Shown one piece after another: positions 1 to 12,400 of a stretch of DNA of 64,000 nucleotides. Numbering within the stretch: the stretch's first letter is position 1; each line of letters begins with the position of its first letter. The DNA is from Psilocybe cubensis. Lineage: Eukaryota. The position numbers and the translations under genes are program-made. The notes under the pieces are model-generated. The model did no database searches, was not told the origin of the DNA, and saw only the letters and a list, made by a program, of their open reading frames with translations. The stretch lies in the NCBI GenBank assembly GCA_017499595.2, contig CM038999.1, positions 2,542,001 through 2,606,000 on the forward strand. The letters run 5' to 3'.

Positions 1-591
1 ATGCTAAGAACCTGGCATGCCAAGTTGCCATCAAAGATCCTCAAGCACAAGATCAATGCACTGGCTTTCTCAATTTCGCTGCATGGGTGTACGCACTTAT
101 AGCTATCACCATCATCTTCGTGGAACTATGTACAAACTTTTTGCCCTTTTATTGTTGCCTGTTCTCACTTAAATGATCTAGATGGGGCAGTTATTGTGAC
201 TCGATATCTCAACCAACTCAAGCGGGAAAAGCGTTCTGCACGCGCAATGAGAATGGACACAGAAAGCGCTTTCCAATTAAAGAACCGTGGCACAACGGGC
301 CATCTTTATACAAGGCTACCTGACCCTGCTCCCGAACATGAGCTACCCCCGCTGCAGACATACCGCCTTGAATCTTCTGATGTTGAATTCAACCCATATA
401 TAGAAACTAGTATTCCCTCAAACTACCAACAAGGCATTGCACCAAGCCTGGCGGAGGCAGAATATGGTTCTTGGAATCGGGGTCAAATTACTCAAGAAGC
501 AAAGGAATCCGCGAGGGAAGTAAAGGATCCTAATTCGTTGGTTTCATTATCCACCCAAGAACAAAACTTTACAACCCAAAAGAAACAATGA
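1..591 (+). CDS. 3' part of a multi-exon membrane protein of unknown function (gene starts before the window)
   Basis: Frame from nt 3 reads AKNLACQVAIKDPQAQDQCTGFLNFAAWVYALIAITIIFVEL (two Cys then a hydrophobic helix). A GT..AG intron at ~130-181 joins it in frame to YGAVIVTRYLNQLKR... (ORF 196-591), stop at 589-591. Confidence 0.6.
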
Positions 592-1143
592 AGTGCTAGT
601 TGACGACTGATGATGAGATACAGTTGCGGTTAGATTCCATCTTTTTCACGGACTCATTGCATACATAGTAGTCATGTATCATAATTGTTCCTTACACCCA
701 TTCTTGCTATATAGTTGCGTCTCTGATCCGTTACGGCTTTGGCACTTGGAAACATTCATTTTGAACTGCTAAAAAGCAGGGGTGTGACAACACCATACAT
801 GGAAGGGGCTATGTATGCCACACACCACCAAATATGACGTCCACGGTGCCATGGTAAATTAAATAATTCACTGTTTTTTACGTTCGTAGAGCCTGTCAAC
901 TTTGGTTTAACACTTTCTACATAGTTCACTTGTCTAATATTTCGACTCGCTGCAGGGACCGGATTAGGTGAGTTAAATGATAGGGCTCAAACAACACCAT
1001 TCTATAACGCTCTGTTTCCTTCACAGAACGTGCAAGGTCGCAATACGTGGACCTCCTGAACTGAACGTCTCATCACCAGTAACTCTTCCAAAGTTCACGA
1101 TTACTAGACACTCTAGTGGACTGAAAGAATTATAACATAGGTG

Positions 1144-2694
1144 ATGAATAAACGGTTTCTTGCGCAAAGGCTACACATAGTCCACTCAGTGCGTTCAGGA
1201 AACTTTTGTGTGTCTGTACGCTAACCTGATGTTTCATTTTGATAGCTCCAAGCTCTGTTATTTCAACTGCAAACACTTTCATTTATTATTTCTCCTTCGA
1301 TTTGGGTTTATTTTCTTAGAGTTGTTATCCAGGCCCACTGCTCCAGACCAAAAGAAATATTTTTCAATGCACCATTGCCATACTTATACTGGCTAATGTT
1401 GGTCACAAATGCACCAATTTTCTGGAGTCATTTGAGACGCGGGCCATCTGAGGGCCGTACTATTGTCCTGGACTTTGTTGGCATGGGTGAGTGTAATTGA
1501 TCGCTATTCAATATGATAATGTCTGAAGAAACTGCCCCACCAGCATATCTTCCATCCAAACTTCAACTATTCTTGCTTGACTTGGTCATAATATCTATTC
1601 AGACTGTACTTCTCACCGTCGTATTCGAAACCTCGGTCTACCGTGATTCATCAGACCTCGAAGCACCTGATCTACTTTTGCCCGAGGACGTGCCATCATT
1701 ATCAATCCCCCTTTTCCAGTCGCCGGCAAATAACCGACCGTCCACCACACCCTTGACAGTTTCTCCCAAGTTGCCATCAGAATCTGGCACGGCTCATGGA
1801 CGTGATTTACCGTTAATACTAGACATCCGGTTCAGTTTCCTCCTTAACCAGCTTAGCCAACCAAATCTTGGGCTATCAATCTCGCCTCATCCAGATACTA
1901 ATAAGATTGGGCTCATCAGAAACCAGCACCCTTACGTAATCAATGGGCTTGGCGCCAAGAGCGGCCAAAATCCAGCTCGAAAAAAAAATCAAAAGTTATG
2001 TTGACGGAAAATGGTTTCAGACAAAAAGTTTAAAAAAAAAAAATTCATAAATGTGCATATACAATCCTTACTACTAGCCTTTATGCCCACAATAATAGAA
2101 TTACACCTCAGAGGTCAAATTGTAGTCTCTGGAAGTCCATAATGAGTCTGAGAGGTATTACTTAGGCGTGACTTATTGTCACGTGTGGTCACGTGTACCA
2201 TTATATAAGCGGCCAAAAGAACATTGTCAAATTTTCGAAAATCTCCCAAACTCGAGAAAACACCATTTCTGACGTGTTAGACTAAAAAAAAAGGAAAAAA
2301 ATTAAAATCTTTATAACTTCTTGAGATCAAAATTTTTTTGAAAAAAAAAACCACAGATGTGTTCAAAGAAGCATAACCTACATATCTGTGGTTCAAAAAT
2401 GTAGAATAGTGTGAGTGCAGAAGGGTTGAAAAGGTTCGGAGGTAAGCCAACTTTTGCTTACCTAAGGGGGTGCTGGTTCCTGATGAGCCCAATCTTACTT
2501 CTATCCCGTCGGTTTCATCAATTCCCATACCCAGTTCGAGCACATGGCCTACGCCCAGTATGGTCACGTTAATGCGTGCTGGGAGGCATGTGAGAACACC
2601 TCTTGGGATTGGAAATAGAATACCAGCTCCGTCATCAAGGGATGCAACAATGGAGCCGCGATTTCATGGTGGATTGAATGCCGCACCTGGGTAG
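1144..2694 (+). CDS. DUF1746-family membrane protein (Dsc4/Vld1-like), last exon interrupted by a TIR element
   Basis: Exons 1144-1188, 1246-~1486 and ~1543 onward give MNKRFLAQRLHIVHS-LQALLFQLQTLSF...GRTIVLDFVGM-AYLPSKLQLFLLDLVIISIQ, resembling the DUF1746 'IDFIG..P.SK..L..LD' pattern. Removing 1904-2497 fuses ...SPHPDTN to TSIPSVSS...AAPG* (stop 2692-2694) in frame. Confidence 0.75.
1904..2495. mobile_element. Non-autonomous DNA transposon (MITE), 592 bp, ~28-36 bp TIRs, TA target-site duplication
   Basis: Left end AGATTGGGCTCATCAGAAACCAGCACCC (1904-1931) is the reverse complement of GGGTGCTGGTTCCTGATGAGCCCAATCT (2468-2495) with 1 mismatch, extending to TTAC(G/C)TAA with a 2-nt indel. TA flanks at 1902-1903 and 2496-2497. 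The interior is AT-rich with poly-A runs and no transposase. The empty site restores the host reading frame. Confidence 0.93.
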
Positions 2695-2760
2695 ACTTTC
2701 CAGAATTGTTGTATTATTTTGTATCAATACTACATTTATGCAATTTAGGATTGCAAGTAT

Positions 2761-3013
2761 TCAGTGCGCATGCTTCATCTGTGAATTCATAACTAAGATT
2801 TGATTTTGAATATTCAAGTGAACAAAGGCGCACCGCATCACTCAAACATTGCTTAAAAACGCGAAATTCGTTCGCGCACATGTCTTTCGCAACATCCGTG
2901 TATGAGGCTACGATGCACTTGCCGTAGGTAGTTGCATGTGGAGCGCAGGTTACAGTTGTATGTATGACAAGTCGTTTTAGATGTTGTGTCTGTTTGGTGG
3001 CATTGGCCGACAT
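2761..3013 (-). CDS. Small twin CX9C protein, NDUFAF8-like complex I assembly factor
   Basis: CAPHATTYGKC and CANEFRVFKQC form twin CX9C motifs resembling NDUFAF8. Exon 3013-2834, intron GTGCGC..CAG, last exon 2778-2761 (MKHAH*). Confidence 0.75.
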
Positions 3014-3491
3014 CGCAAGAACAGTATTTTGACGTTACTGTAGCGATAGAACGCAGACGGGTTGTCGTGAATCGAGGTACTTCAATTAACTGTTTGTTGT
3101 TTGCGAGCGAAGCGAAGCAATGAGCCGCCTATAGCGAACGCTCAGTAATAATAATTACATAATTAACCTTTTCTCGTTACTTATTGTTATGTAATGTATT
3201 CAGTGTCTTGTTCCCAGTTCCAACATCATTGTCAAGTAACTTGAATTTTGAACCTCAACTTGATTGACTCATCATAACTCGGGGAGGAATTGTTGGACTA
3301 CTAAATCTGTCTTTTAATTACTCAGGTTTTCATTACCTTGGAACATGGTACGTCTGTAGCGCATACTTATCTCGTGGTTAGAACGCTCGTCAACTTACTT
3401 CTTGCCGTGCTATGGTTAGCTGCATGTGTGGTAATTTTATATACCGTCGAACACCTTGACTAGGCCACACCTAGAGCAATAAAACCAGGTC

Positions 3492-6400
3492 ATGCTTAAC
3501 CTGAATTTGCTTGGAATCTGCATCGCAATCGTCGCGGCCCTCATATTCTATTTTTTCTATTGGAACCGGTTTATTGCCTATGTTATTGGTCAGACTATTC
3601 GTATACTGTCTTGGAACCAAGAGAGTCCAATCATCCGGATCGACATCGGTAAGTTTTTAGTTTTAGAACAAACGGTGATTTGTTCTTACTTTATCATGTA
3701 GGCTCCATACATTTCTCTATATTGGCAGGAAGAATTCTTCTCAAAGATGTCAGTTACCATTCGAGCAACCAAACTGTAAAGGTCGTAAAAGGGCAAATTC
3801 AATGGAGATACTGGATTAGGCGTCCGACTCTAGATGACGATATCAGTCCTTCTCGGGGAGAAAATGGCTAGTGCTGACTCCGTTTATATTTGCCTGGTAT
3901 TTACAAAAAGTTTAGGAAAAGAAGCATTTCCACAACGGTCCTGCCGCATTCAGTTGACGTTTGAGGGTGTCGAATGGTTCATTTATAACAGAACAGCAGC
4001 GTACGACACTATTCTGGAGGAGATCGACAGAACTAGTCGTCCGACCTCTCGGTCAAGTTCTCATTACAGGCTTTTCAGAAGATTTTCCCGTCAAGGTACT
4101 ATAGCGTTATGTTTTATAGGTCGTTCTCTTTAATTTCAATTTTTATAGGTGACACCTCGATATTGTATCCACCCTCTGCTTTCCGATCCTCTATTTATGT
4201 TCCTAAATCAATACAGCAGACGTTGAAATGGTTGCGGAGCCAACTTCCTACACTAGATCCAAAAGACCTGTTACCATTTGGAATCGAAATACGGACTGGC
4301 GCAATTGTTTTGGGCAATCCTTCCACTCCTCACTTACTCGTATCTGAGTTTCAAAGCGCTTCCGGCACCTTTGGCATAGTACCAGTTGGTCGTGTTGCTG
4401 ATAAATTAATTATTGAGCTAATCCTCTGCAAATAGTCTAGGTCGAAACACGATCTTTACAAACAGGTGCTCAACCTCAAATTCCGGAAACCTTCCATAAG
4501 ACTAGTTCACAATGACGATTATGTTGATCCCATGACCGTTGTCGGATCCCTTGTCCATGGTCGGCTCAAACAGTAGGTCTACTCTGTACATAACCTATTC
4601 AGCTCCCTTTAACTTTTCACAAGCCACTCTACTTTGAGAAAGCCATATTTTTATCAACCCTATCGAGCTTTCGTTAAAATTTGGCGTCAAATGAATCTTT
4701 ACAGTATTATGAACGATTACTTTTCTACCCGTCGTATCCAACGTGCGAATACTCTGCCCGTGAGGCCCTCTACGACGTCGCCGAAACTGAAAAAGGGTAC
4801 CGACGAAGACACACCAATAGGAATAGATTTCTCGACATTTGAATACGCCATTGAACGCAAAATTTTAGAAGCACCGATACTGGATTTAACTTATTATGTT
4901 GATATCGTTGGTGAGGTTCCACCTCAACCCAATATTGATCACAGACATGGCTCGGGAGTATATGATGTCCATGCTGGTGACACCCCGCCAGAGTGGGGTT
5001 TCGATATAGTCATATATGGAGGATTGTTGAGGTATGGTCCTTGGGCTGACAGACAAAGGTGATCTCTGTAATTTATGTATGACGTGTCTTCTTGCTTAAC
5101 TTTTCACCTTAGAATTGAATTACAGCGTATCTTCTTTCCTCCCTCTTATCTTGATTTAGCCGTCACCCCCATCCTTAAACCGGGTGAAAAGCGAGTGTGG
5201 GCAAATCTTCAAGTTTTCATCGAACTTCGTGACTCGACCACCTTACATGTACCATTTCGAGAAGCCTCAAAGGTAAATATTACTATTTGAAATATAAATC
5301 AGTAAATTCTGAAAGGTTGCAAAGGATTGGCAATGGGATGGAAAGGTCGAATACCCACAGCGGCCTCGCGTTAGAGAGGCTGCTTCTATTATTGTGGACG
5401 TAGGTGATCGGTCTTCTATCAACTACATAATGCCTATGGTGGTAGGACCTACTGGATATGAGTCCACATTTGAAGTACATCTTGACACAGTATCAATAAC
5501 TTCAAGTCTCAATGATATACACATTTTATCGGCGGAATCTTGTCGGGTACGTGCCAACAAAGGAGTAATTCAACTTGTACGACATTGACACACTATAGGT
5601 TCGTGGTGAACTTCCTTCTCCAATTCGATGGGATGCCCTACGTACATGGTCGATTGCTGTTTACCTCAGGCAACCAGTACTGTTTCTTTTGCGCGACCAT
5701 ATTGATATGTTTACCGACCTTGCAAGGGATTGGGTAGCCGGCCCACCTACAGAATACCAAAAGTTTATCCCCATGATCTATACATTCAAGCTTGAAATGC
5801 ACCATTTCCAACTCAATCTATACGCAAATGATCAAAATATAGTTGACAAGCCATTGATCAAAGATGAAAATGGTAAGATACCGTAGCAAATAATTGGATA
5901 GAACAAATTAACTCGACAGTTTGTTAGCTTTGCTCTCTCTCACTGGTCCCCATCTGAAGAACACCATGACAATTCCGTCAAATAAGTTTCGGCCAGAATC
6001 CACATCTATCCCATTTTACATTACGACCCCTCATGTTTCTGTCAAAATGTCGCTTCCACGGTGGAATACCCACGCGCGTTATGCACCGCAAGATGGCATT
6101 GATCTGCTCGAAGCAGATTTGCTGAGCATTAGTGGCTCATACCTCTACTTCAGCTCCGTCATGGCGGAATACGTAGAACAACTAAAGATACAATTTGATG
6201 TAAGTTATAACAAAGTTTTGACCGAGCAAAGGTTCTAATAACACACAGTTACGAGGTGTCGTTTTTAGGGCATATGGATGGTCCATCCGTTACTTCATGG
6301 TCCTACGCGATAATTATCTGGGATCTTTTACGCATTTCCAAACCCTTTCTGAGTACCTGGACAAACGAAAGAAAAATGCACCTGTAGGTGATCCCGTAGC

Positions 6401-9400
6401 TCAGAAATATAGGCCTGGAAAGGTATGTTGTCATCGTAATATATCTGTCACGGATTGTCCTATTAATATATCAACATCAAGGCAAACATGCTCCAGGTCG
6501 AACTGTTCTTACACGTGAATGATTCGAATATTCTGTTACCTATTCCATTAATTGGAATGGCTACTCACGCGACCGACGGGACAATTCCAACAAACGGAAC
6601 TAGCCGCCATCTCAATTTCCATGTTCCAGAATTTCAGCTACAGCTTCGGTTACATGATTATTACATGGGTATGTCTTCTCAACAGTGCTTTTGGTATTCA
6701 AATTTCAACAGTCAAATCGATTCAGAGATGTCGCTAAACCTTGAGACCATTACCGGAACTATTTATACCCCACCGAGCATTCCCGACAACGCTCTCAATG
6801 AGCGAATCGTCCTAATTGATGGTATACCTTTTATCAAAGTCAAACAGTATAATTCTCTGTAACTTTTGTTTCAAGGAATTGACGTTACTGCAAATCGCCT
6901 CTTTGGTCCTCAACCTAGAACCGCAACTTATGTATGTATGTGGGAAATTTCAGTTGGGAAGGTAAAAGCGTCCTTGACAGCAAATGACGCAAATGTTTTG
7001 GCAAGCGCTATCCATTCGTTTCGTCTAAATTTTGTTGATGTTGTAAACGCACCGGCACATGATTTTATGCCTGCCGTTGACCCTGATGGTACGATCAATA
7101 TCAGTTTCATAAGTAATAATCTCGACTGAATCCTCCAATTTTAGTCACCTTTTACAAGGTCACCGTCAAACCAATTGAGCTTACTTGGAAAAGTGAACGA
7201 GCAGCACTATATGTACAGCTACCTCATGGATTGGTCTTTGACAGTAACGACCTTGGTGCTCACCAATACCGGAGCGTAATGGCCCTGCGGATTCATCAAC
7301 TTAATGCTAGTGTACTCCTAGCCTCATCGACAGAGAGGAAAAACCAATGGCTAGAAGCAGCCAGTGTTCTGTTTGATATGGACCTTGACATCTATTCATC
7401 GCCTACAGGCCATCGAGGCATGACACGCAAACAACTTTTGTTCATTGAAGAGCAAGACAAACCAACGGGCCGGGCAAAGTTTATGTTCAATCAATTAAGA
7501 CAGCGTATCCAAGAAAATGATTCACTAGGTAGCCAGATTCCCTTGCCTCGAGTCACAAAGCATTAATGAATTACATGATAGACCAACGATTACATAGGGG
7601 TGGAGTTTTTTTACCGCAACCCTCTTTACCTGGTGCTTTCTGCGACAATTCAACTTCTTACCCATCCCTTCAATCCCACACTCATCGCACCCGTCCTCCT
7701 TCATGGAGATTATCTACTTTTACAAATTTGTCCGACTCGGAAGAAGAAGAAGCAATTTCGGAGGTAGATAGAGATGCTCGGCTAGCGTAAGTCCGAAATT
7801 CTTTTTATGTTGTTCATCTAGCAACATTGCTGGTACAGGAGAACACGCACATCCACGCCAGCTCCAGAAACAAGGACCGACGATGTGACAATGTCTAGCG
7901 GGGACGAATCAGATGACGCAGACCTGACAGACGGTGATTCTATTTGGTCTGATATTGAAGGTACAATTTTGGTCGTATGCAAGGTCTTTTACTTAAAAGG
8001 ATATTAGACATCGATGGCGATGGAATTTCATCCATGCTTTTGTTTTATTCTTCTATTGTGAAACAATATTCTTCAAATTGGGTTCGTTCTTCAGATTCCT
8101 GGGACGGCGCTGCCTTTACTTCGACACGGGTAAATTCTACTTCACATTTCTTCCTGCTCCTGCTCAACTTGTTTCAAGAACAGCGCCTCTTTTTTGAGCG
8201 ACTTCGATAACAACGAAACCGAAACCTGTTTCCGGCCGGTCTTTGAGTGCACACATGTAACACTTCCAGAAGACCTACCAAAAGATACCGGCGTTACTGC
8301 CTTTCGTGTCAATTTCAATAAAAAGATAAATGTCCTATTCACTCCGCTCTTGATTCCTGCCGTTGCTTGCTTCGAAGAAGATATTAATAATATAGTTGGT
8401 GCTTTGTTTGATCATTGTTCAGCGGTTTTAACACTTTTGTCACACAGGCATTGACTCATGGAATGGTCATCGACTCGCTATTGGTCACTTGTCTTAGCCA
8501 AGCAAAAGGGCCAGCAAAGATGGGCTACCGTATTCTTGATCTTAATGTGACATCGTTAACTGTTCAAATGCTTCAACATATTGGCGTCTCGGACGAGGCC
8601 ACCTTGGGTGGGGACATAAACCATGAAGCATTAACACCACGTAATCTTGATATAACCGCCATAACGAAAGTTGCAATTCGTGGCGCGCGCTTATTAGGCA
8701 CCTTTGGCCGCCAGATCCAGCCAAACATCGACGTCGTAATTGATCGTTTTATCGGGACGGTCGACGTTTCCATTGACAAGCGAACGCTGGATTCTAGCAT
8801 GGCCGATCCTACCATTGTCGCTCTAACGATATCGTCATCTGTCCTGAAGATCTCCCAGCACAGTATGCGGCAGAATCATGGAGTCATTGATATCAGACTT
8901 GGAAACCGAGGTCCTGAAATCATTACTGCAACTGCGACTGCTATGTCACTTTCAGGCATGCATTTCATGCGCCGAGCAAAAACACTCCAACGAGATCAAT
9001 TATCGAATAAGAGGGCCATGATCGGAAACCTCCTCAAAGTTACTGAAAAGCATCCCGTCATTGATTCCCTCTCCATCACACAGCCCTCGTATCTTGTGCA
9101 AACCGGCATCCCTCATGTGCTACGGACGGACGCAACATTCAGATTACTTTATCATCTACGAAACACTCTGTGGTCCATGGATGAAGATGAAAATTCCCTT
9201 CTACATCAGTCCACTGGCAAGGTCCAACTACAGGAGCTCTTGACTTTGGTTCAGTCCAGATTGACACTTTTGGATCAAGATATATGCAGCGTTGACCACT
9301 TGTCATCCATCAGTTTCTTTTTATCAGACGAGAAGCCCAACCACCTGGAGCAGTCCACCAAATATTCATTAAGTGTGCTAACCTTACTGGTAGGCACATC

Positions 9401-12400
9401 CACTATCACTATTCTCGCTCCCTCAGGCAAAACGTCAAGCCGACTGAATATCGATAATCTGGCTGTGGAAGTTCAGCCCAAATTATCTCAACTTATTCAA
9501 TTCAATTTCAACAATCCTTCGAGCGCTTCTCAGACATCATTGCGTTCGAAGACATCTAGATCAGTCCAGCAAGCAGTCATTGTGCTTTCCGTCCATGAAA
9601 TCACCCTAATTGTTTCACCTCATTTGATGTATTTTGCTCAGCATGTCTTGCGAGTAACGAGACAATTTCAGTCAAGCCAAGTCAATGTGTCTACACCGAA
9701 ATATGGGCGCGGATCGTGGGAGAAATCCTACAACTCTTCGTCCAAATTGTGGCATATTGAACTCATTGGAACAGTTCACCGTTTGCGCATTCAGGCAGGT
9801 GCGGAAAACCTAATTGTTGTAATGGGTATACAAGGACTTCAAACTGCATCCACCATGTTAACATTAAACAAACGAACTATCCAATCAATGAATCACAGCA
9901 TTCTTTTCAACCAAGTTTTTCTCCAAGCTCGTTCCCCAGCCAACCCAGCCAAAGAAAACGAACAAGATATTCTTGCGTCGTTGGCTTTTAATACCGCGCG
10001 TATTAGCGTCATCGCAAAACCAGAGGACACGACTACCAACCTTAAATTGGTTTTCGCACTTGCGGGGTTGCAATTACACGTGCCGCGCAGTGCTCTTCGT
10101 CTTTATCATTTCGTTGGGGAGTGGAGGGCGGATTACCTTCCTGGAATGGAGGCCGCCGTTAAAACCTTACTCTCGGAGTATAATTCTGGTCCAAGAAGAC
10201 CCTATTCGCCACCAGTATCTCGGTCATCCAGCAAAACGTTTTTGGTGCAAATTCATGGTCAGATTACCCACTTCGAGATATCCCTACAAGTGATGCACGG
10301 AACATGGCTTTCGTGGGAAGTCAACAAAACTGTCGCATATATTGATTCATCCCCGTCGAAAAGAAATGGTGGACAATATGCATTTGGTCTTCAAATTACC
10401 TCCATGATTTTTACCGTCTCGTCAAAGCCGAATATCAGGGAAGCAATGTCGAGTTCCCGTGTTAAGTTGGTATTCCCCCCAGCCTCGTTGGCAGGATATT
10501 CAGATGGAATTAAAGTTCATACATTGGTTCTTTTTGAATTTCTTGAACTCAAAGTGAAGCCCTCTCATTGGGATACCTTGTTATCGGTCCAACAGAAATT
10601 TGGGCAAGACTTCAATGATCTTGTAGCATTGATGCAACAAAAGCGACAAAAGACACCGATTTCTCGGAAATCAAAGCCTGCAACTCCAAAGATGTCTTTT
10701 CAATATGAGGGCCATATCAAAATGCAAGGATTTCGAATTGGATTGGAAGGTGTCGCCTCTTCAGTCCTCTTAGAATGCCAAAACATTGTTGGAGAAATTA
10801 GTAACACTGATCGTTGGTCGTGGGGCTTAGATTTGTCTGATCTTGCACTCTCCCTTGCACCGCGTACCCATGGGCTGAGCGATTCTGCGTTTAATCGAGA
10901 CCAACGATCTGCGTTTGTGATTGTGGATTTCAAATTCAATGGTTCAGGTTCAGGACAAGGCAATGAAAAGAAAATTGGGCTCATTGTGAGCAAAGTACAC
11001 GCTGTCATGCAACCCAGTTCTATCGGCGAGCTCGGCGATTTCATCGATAATCTACAGGTAATTATATTCCTTCATTCACCATTCATTTGAATTAAAGCCT
11101 CACCTCAGATCGAAATGCTTGAGCGTCAGAATCAACGGGCTTCAGAGTTGGCCACATTCAAGGAAAAGGCTCAGAGAATCTTGAAAACCTTCGACGTCAA
11201 TATTGGCGAAGTGCAAACAGTGAATGAATCCTGGTTCCAGGATATGGTCATTGATATATCAATCCAAAGTGTTGGAATCGCTTTCCCTCTGATATACGAT
11301 GAAGAATTGACCTTTGCGCATATTGCTCGGAAAGAAATAAATCCCATTCGTGCATTCTTATTCTCCATACAATCCATTCACTTTGGAATCCATCGCGGAG
11401 ATTCCGGCCAAGCCATTATGCAACATCTATCTTTCCAATTCATATCCCGGTATGGTTGACTCTTTTGCTTATTGTATTTTTTTAATGGATATCAGCTTTA
11501 GGCAATCTGTTACCGAGGACTTTTCTGCAGAAAGTCATCGCACGCGTAATCATTTGTTGTATCCCAAAATGACTGCCCAACTGCGCTCAACCCGCACCGG
11601 ATCTTCTACCAAAATATGGATAGACGCCGATGTCAGCGGCTTCATATTTGACATAGATTCGACAATCCCCAAGTTCATTTTTTCCTTAATTGATGTTTAT
11701 CGGCAGGGGAAAGAACGTGTGGAACGTTTGTCAGCAAACACTCCTCGAACACCGTTTCCGTCGACTCCATTGAGCTCAGGGTCTAAACTATCAGTTCCCG
11801 AAAAGAGTATTAAAACGATTCCTGCATCCCAGATTTCTGCCAACTTAGTTTTTCATAGCGGCAAAGTTCGTTTGTATAGCGCATCCGCCAGCAATCTTTT
11901 CAAGACGAAAACGATATCTGTGACACCCCCTTGGGAATTAACGGATGAACAAATTTCTGACTTAGGCGCTGAGATTTTCGAGCTCCCAATTGTGTCTGTT
12001 TGGGCTGAATATCGTGCAATGCCCGCGTCGCAAAAAATCAGGAAAGAATCCGACCCAGAGCCTTCTGTATTGATTTTCAATAGCACAGTGCATTCCAGTA
12101 ACAACATCCTGCGCCCAATTCTGCTTCCTTTCTTGACGGAATTAGTCGACCACGTAGAAACTCGTCTACGCAAGATCGGTCTAAACTCTCCCAAGTCATC
12201 CTCAGTGCTCCTGCCTGATTTCTCTTCAACCGACTTCTTGCCGCGAACTGAGGAAGATGAAAATTCGATCTCCAGCCTTCAAATTTGCTTCAGTTTGCGT
12301 ATCGACAAATCAAAATTGGAATTAACGTGCCAACCGGATGTTAACGTAGTCGCTGGTTTGCATTGGGACAGTGGAGGATTTGTCCTAAATATGACTCCAG

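Noticed and set aside
1861-1880. CCAAATCTTGGGCTATCA resembles fragments of both MITE TIRs just upstream of the insertion
   Set aside because: The match is short, imperfect and inside coding sequence; it cannot be distinguished from chance.
2277-2567. 96-aa minus-strand ORF and the 74-aa ORF 2470-2694 as independent genes
   Set aside because: The first spans the MITE end and the antisense of the DUF1746 exon. The second is the displaced tail of the DUF1746 gene.
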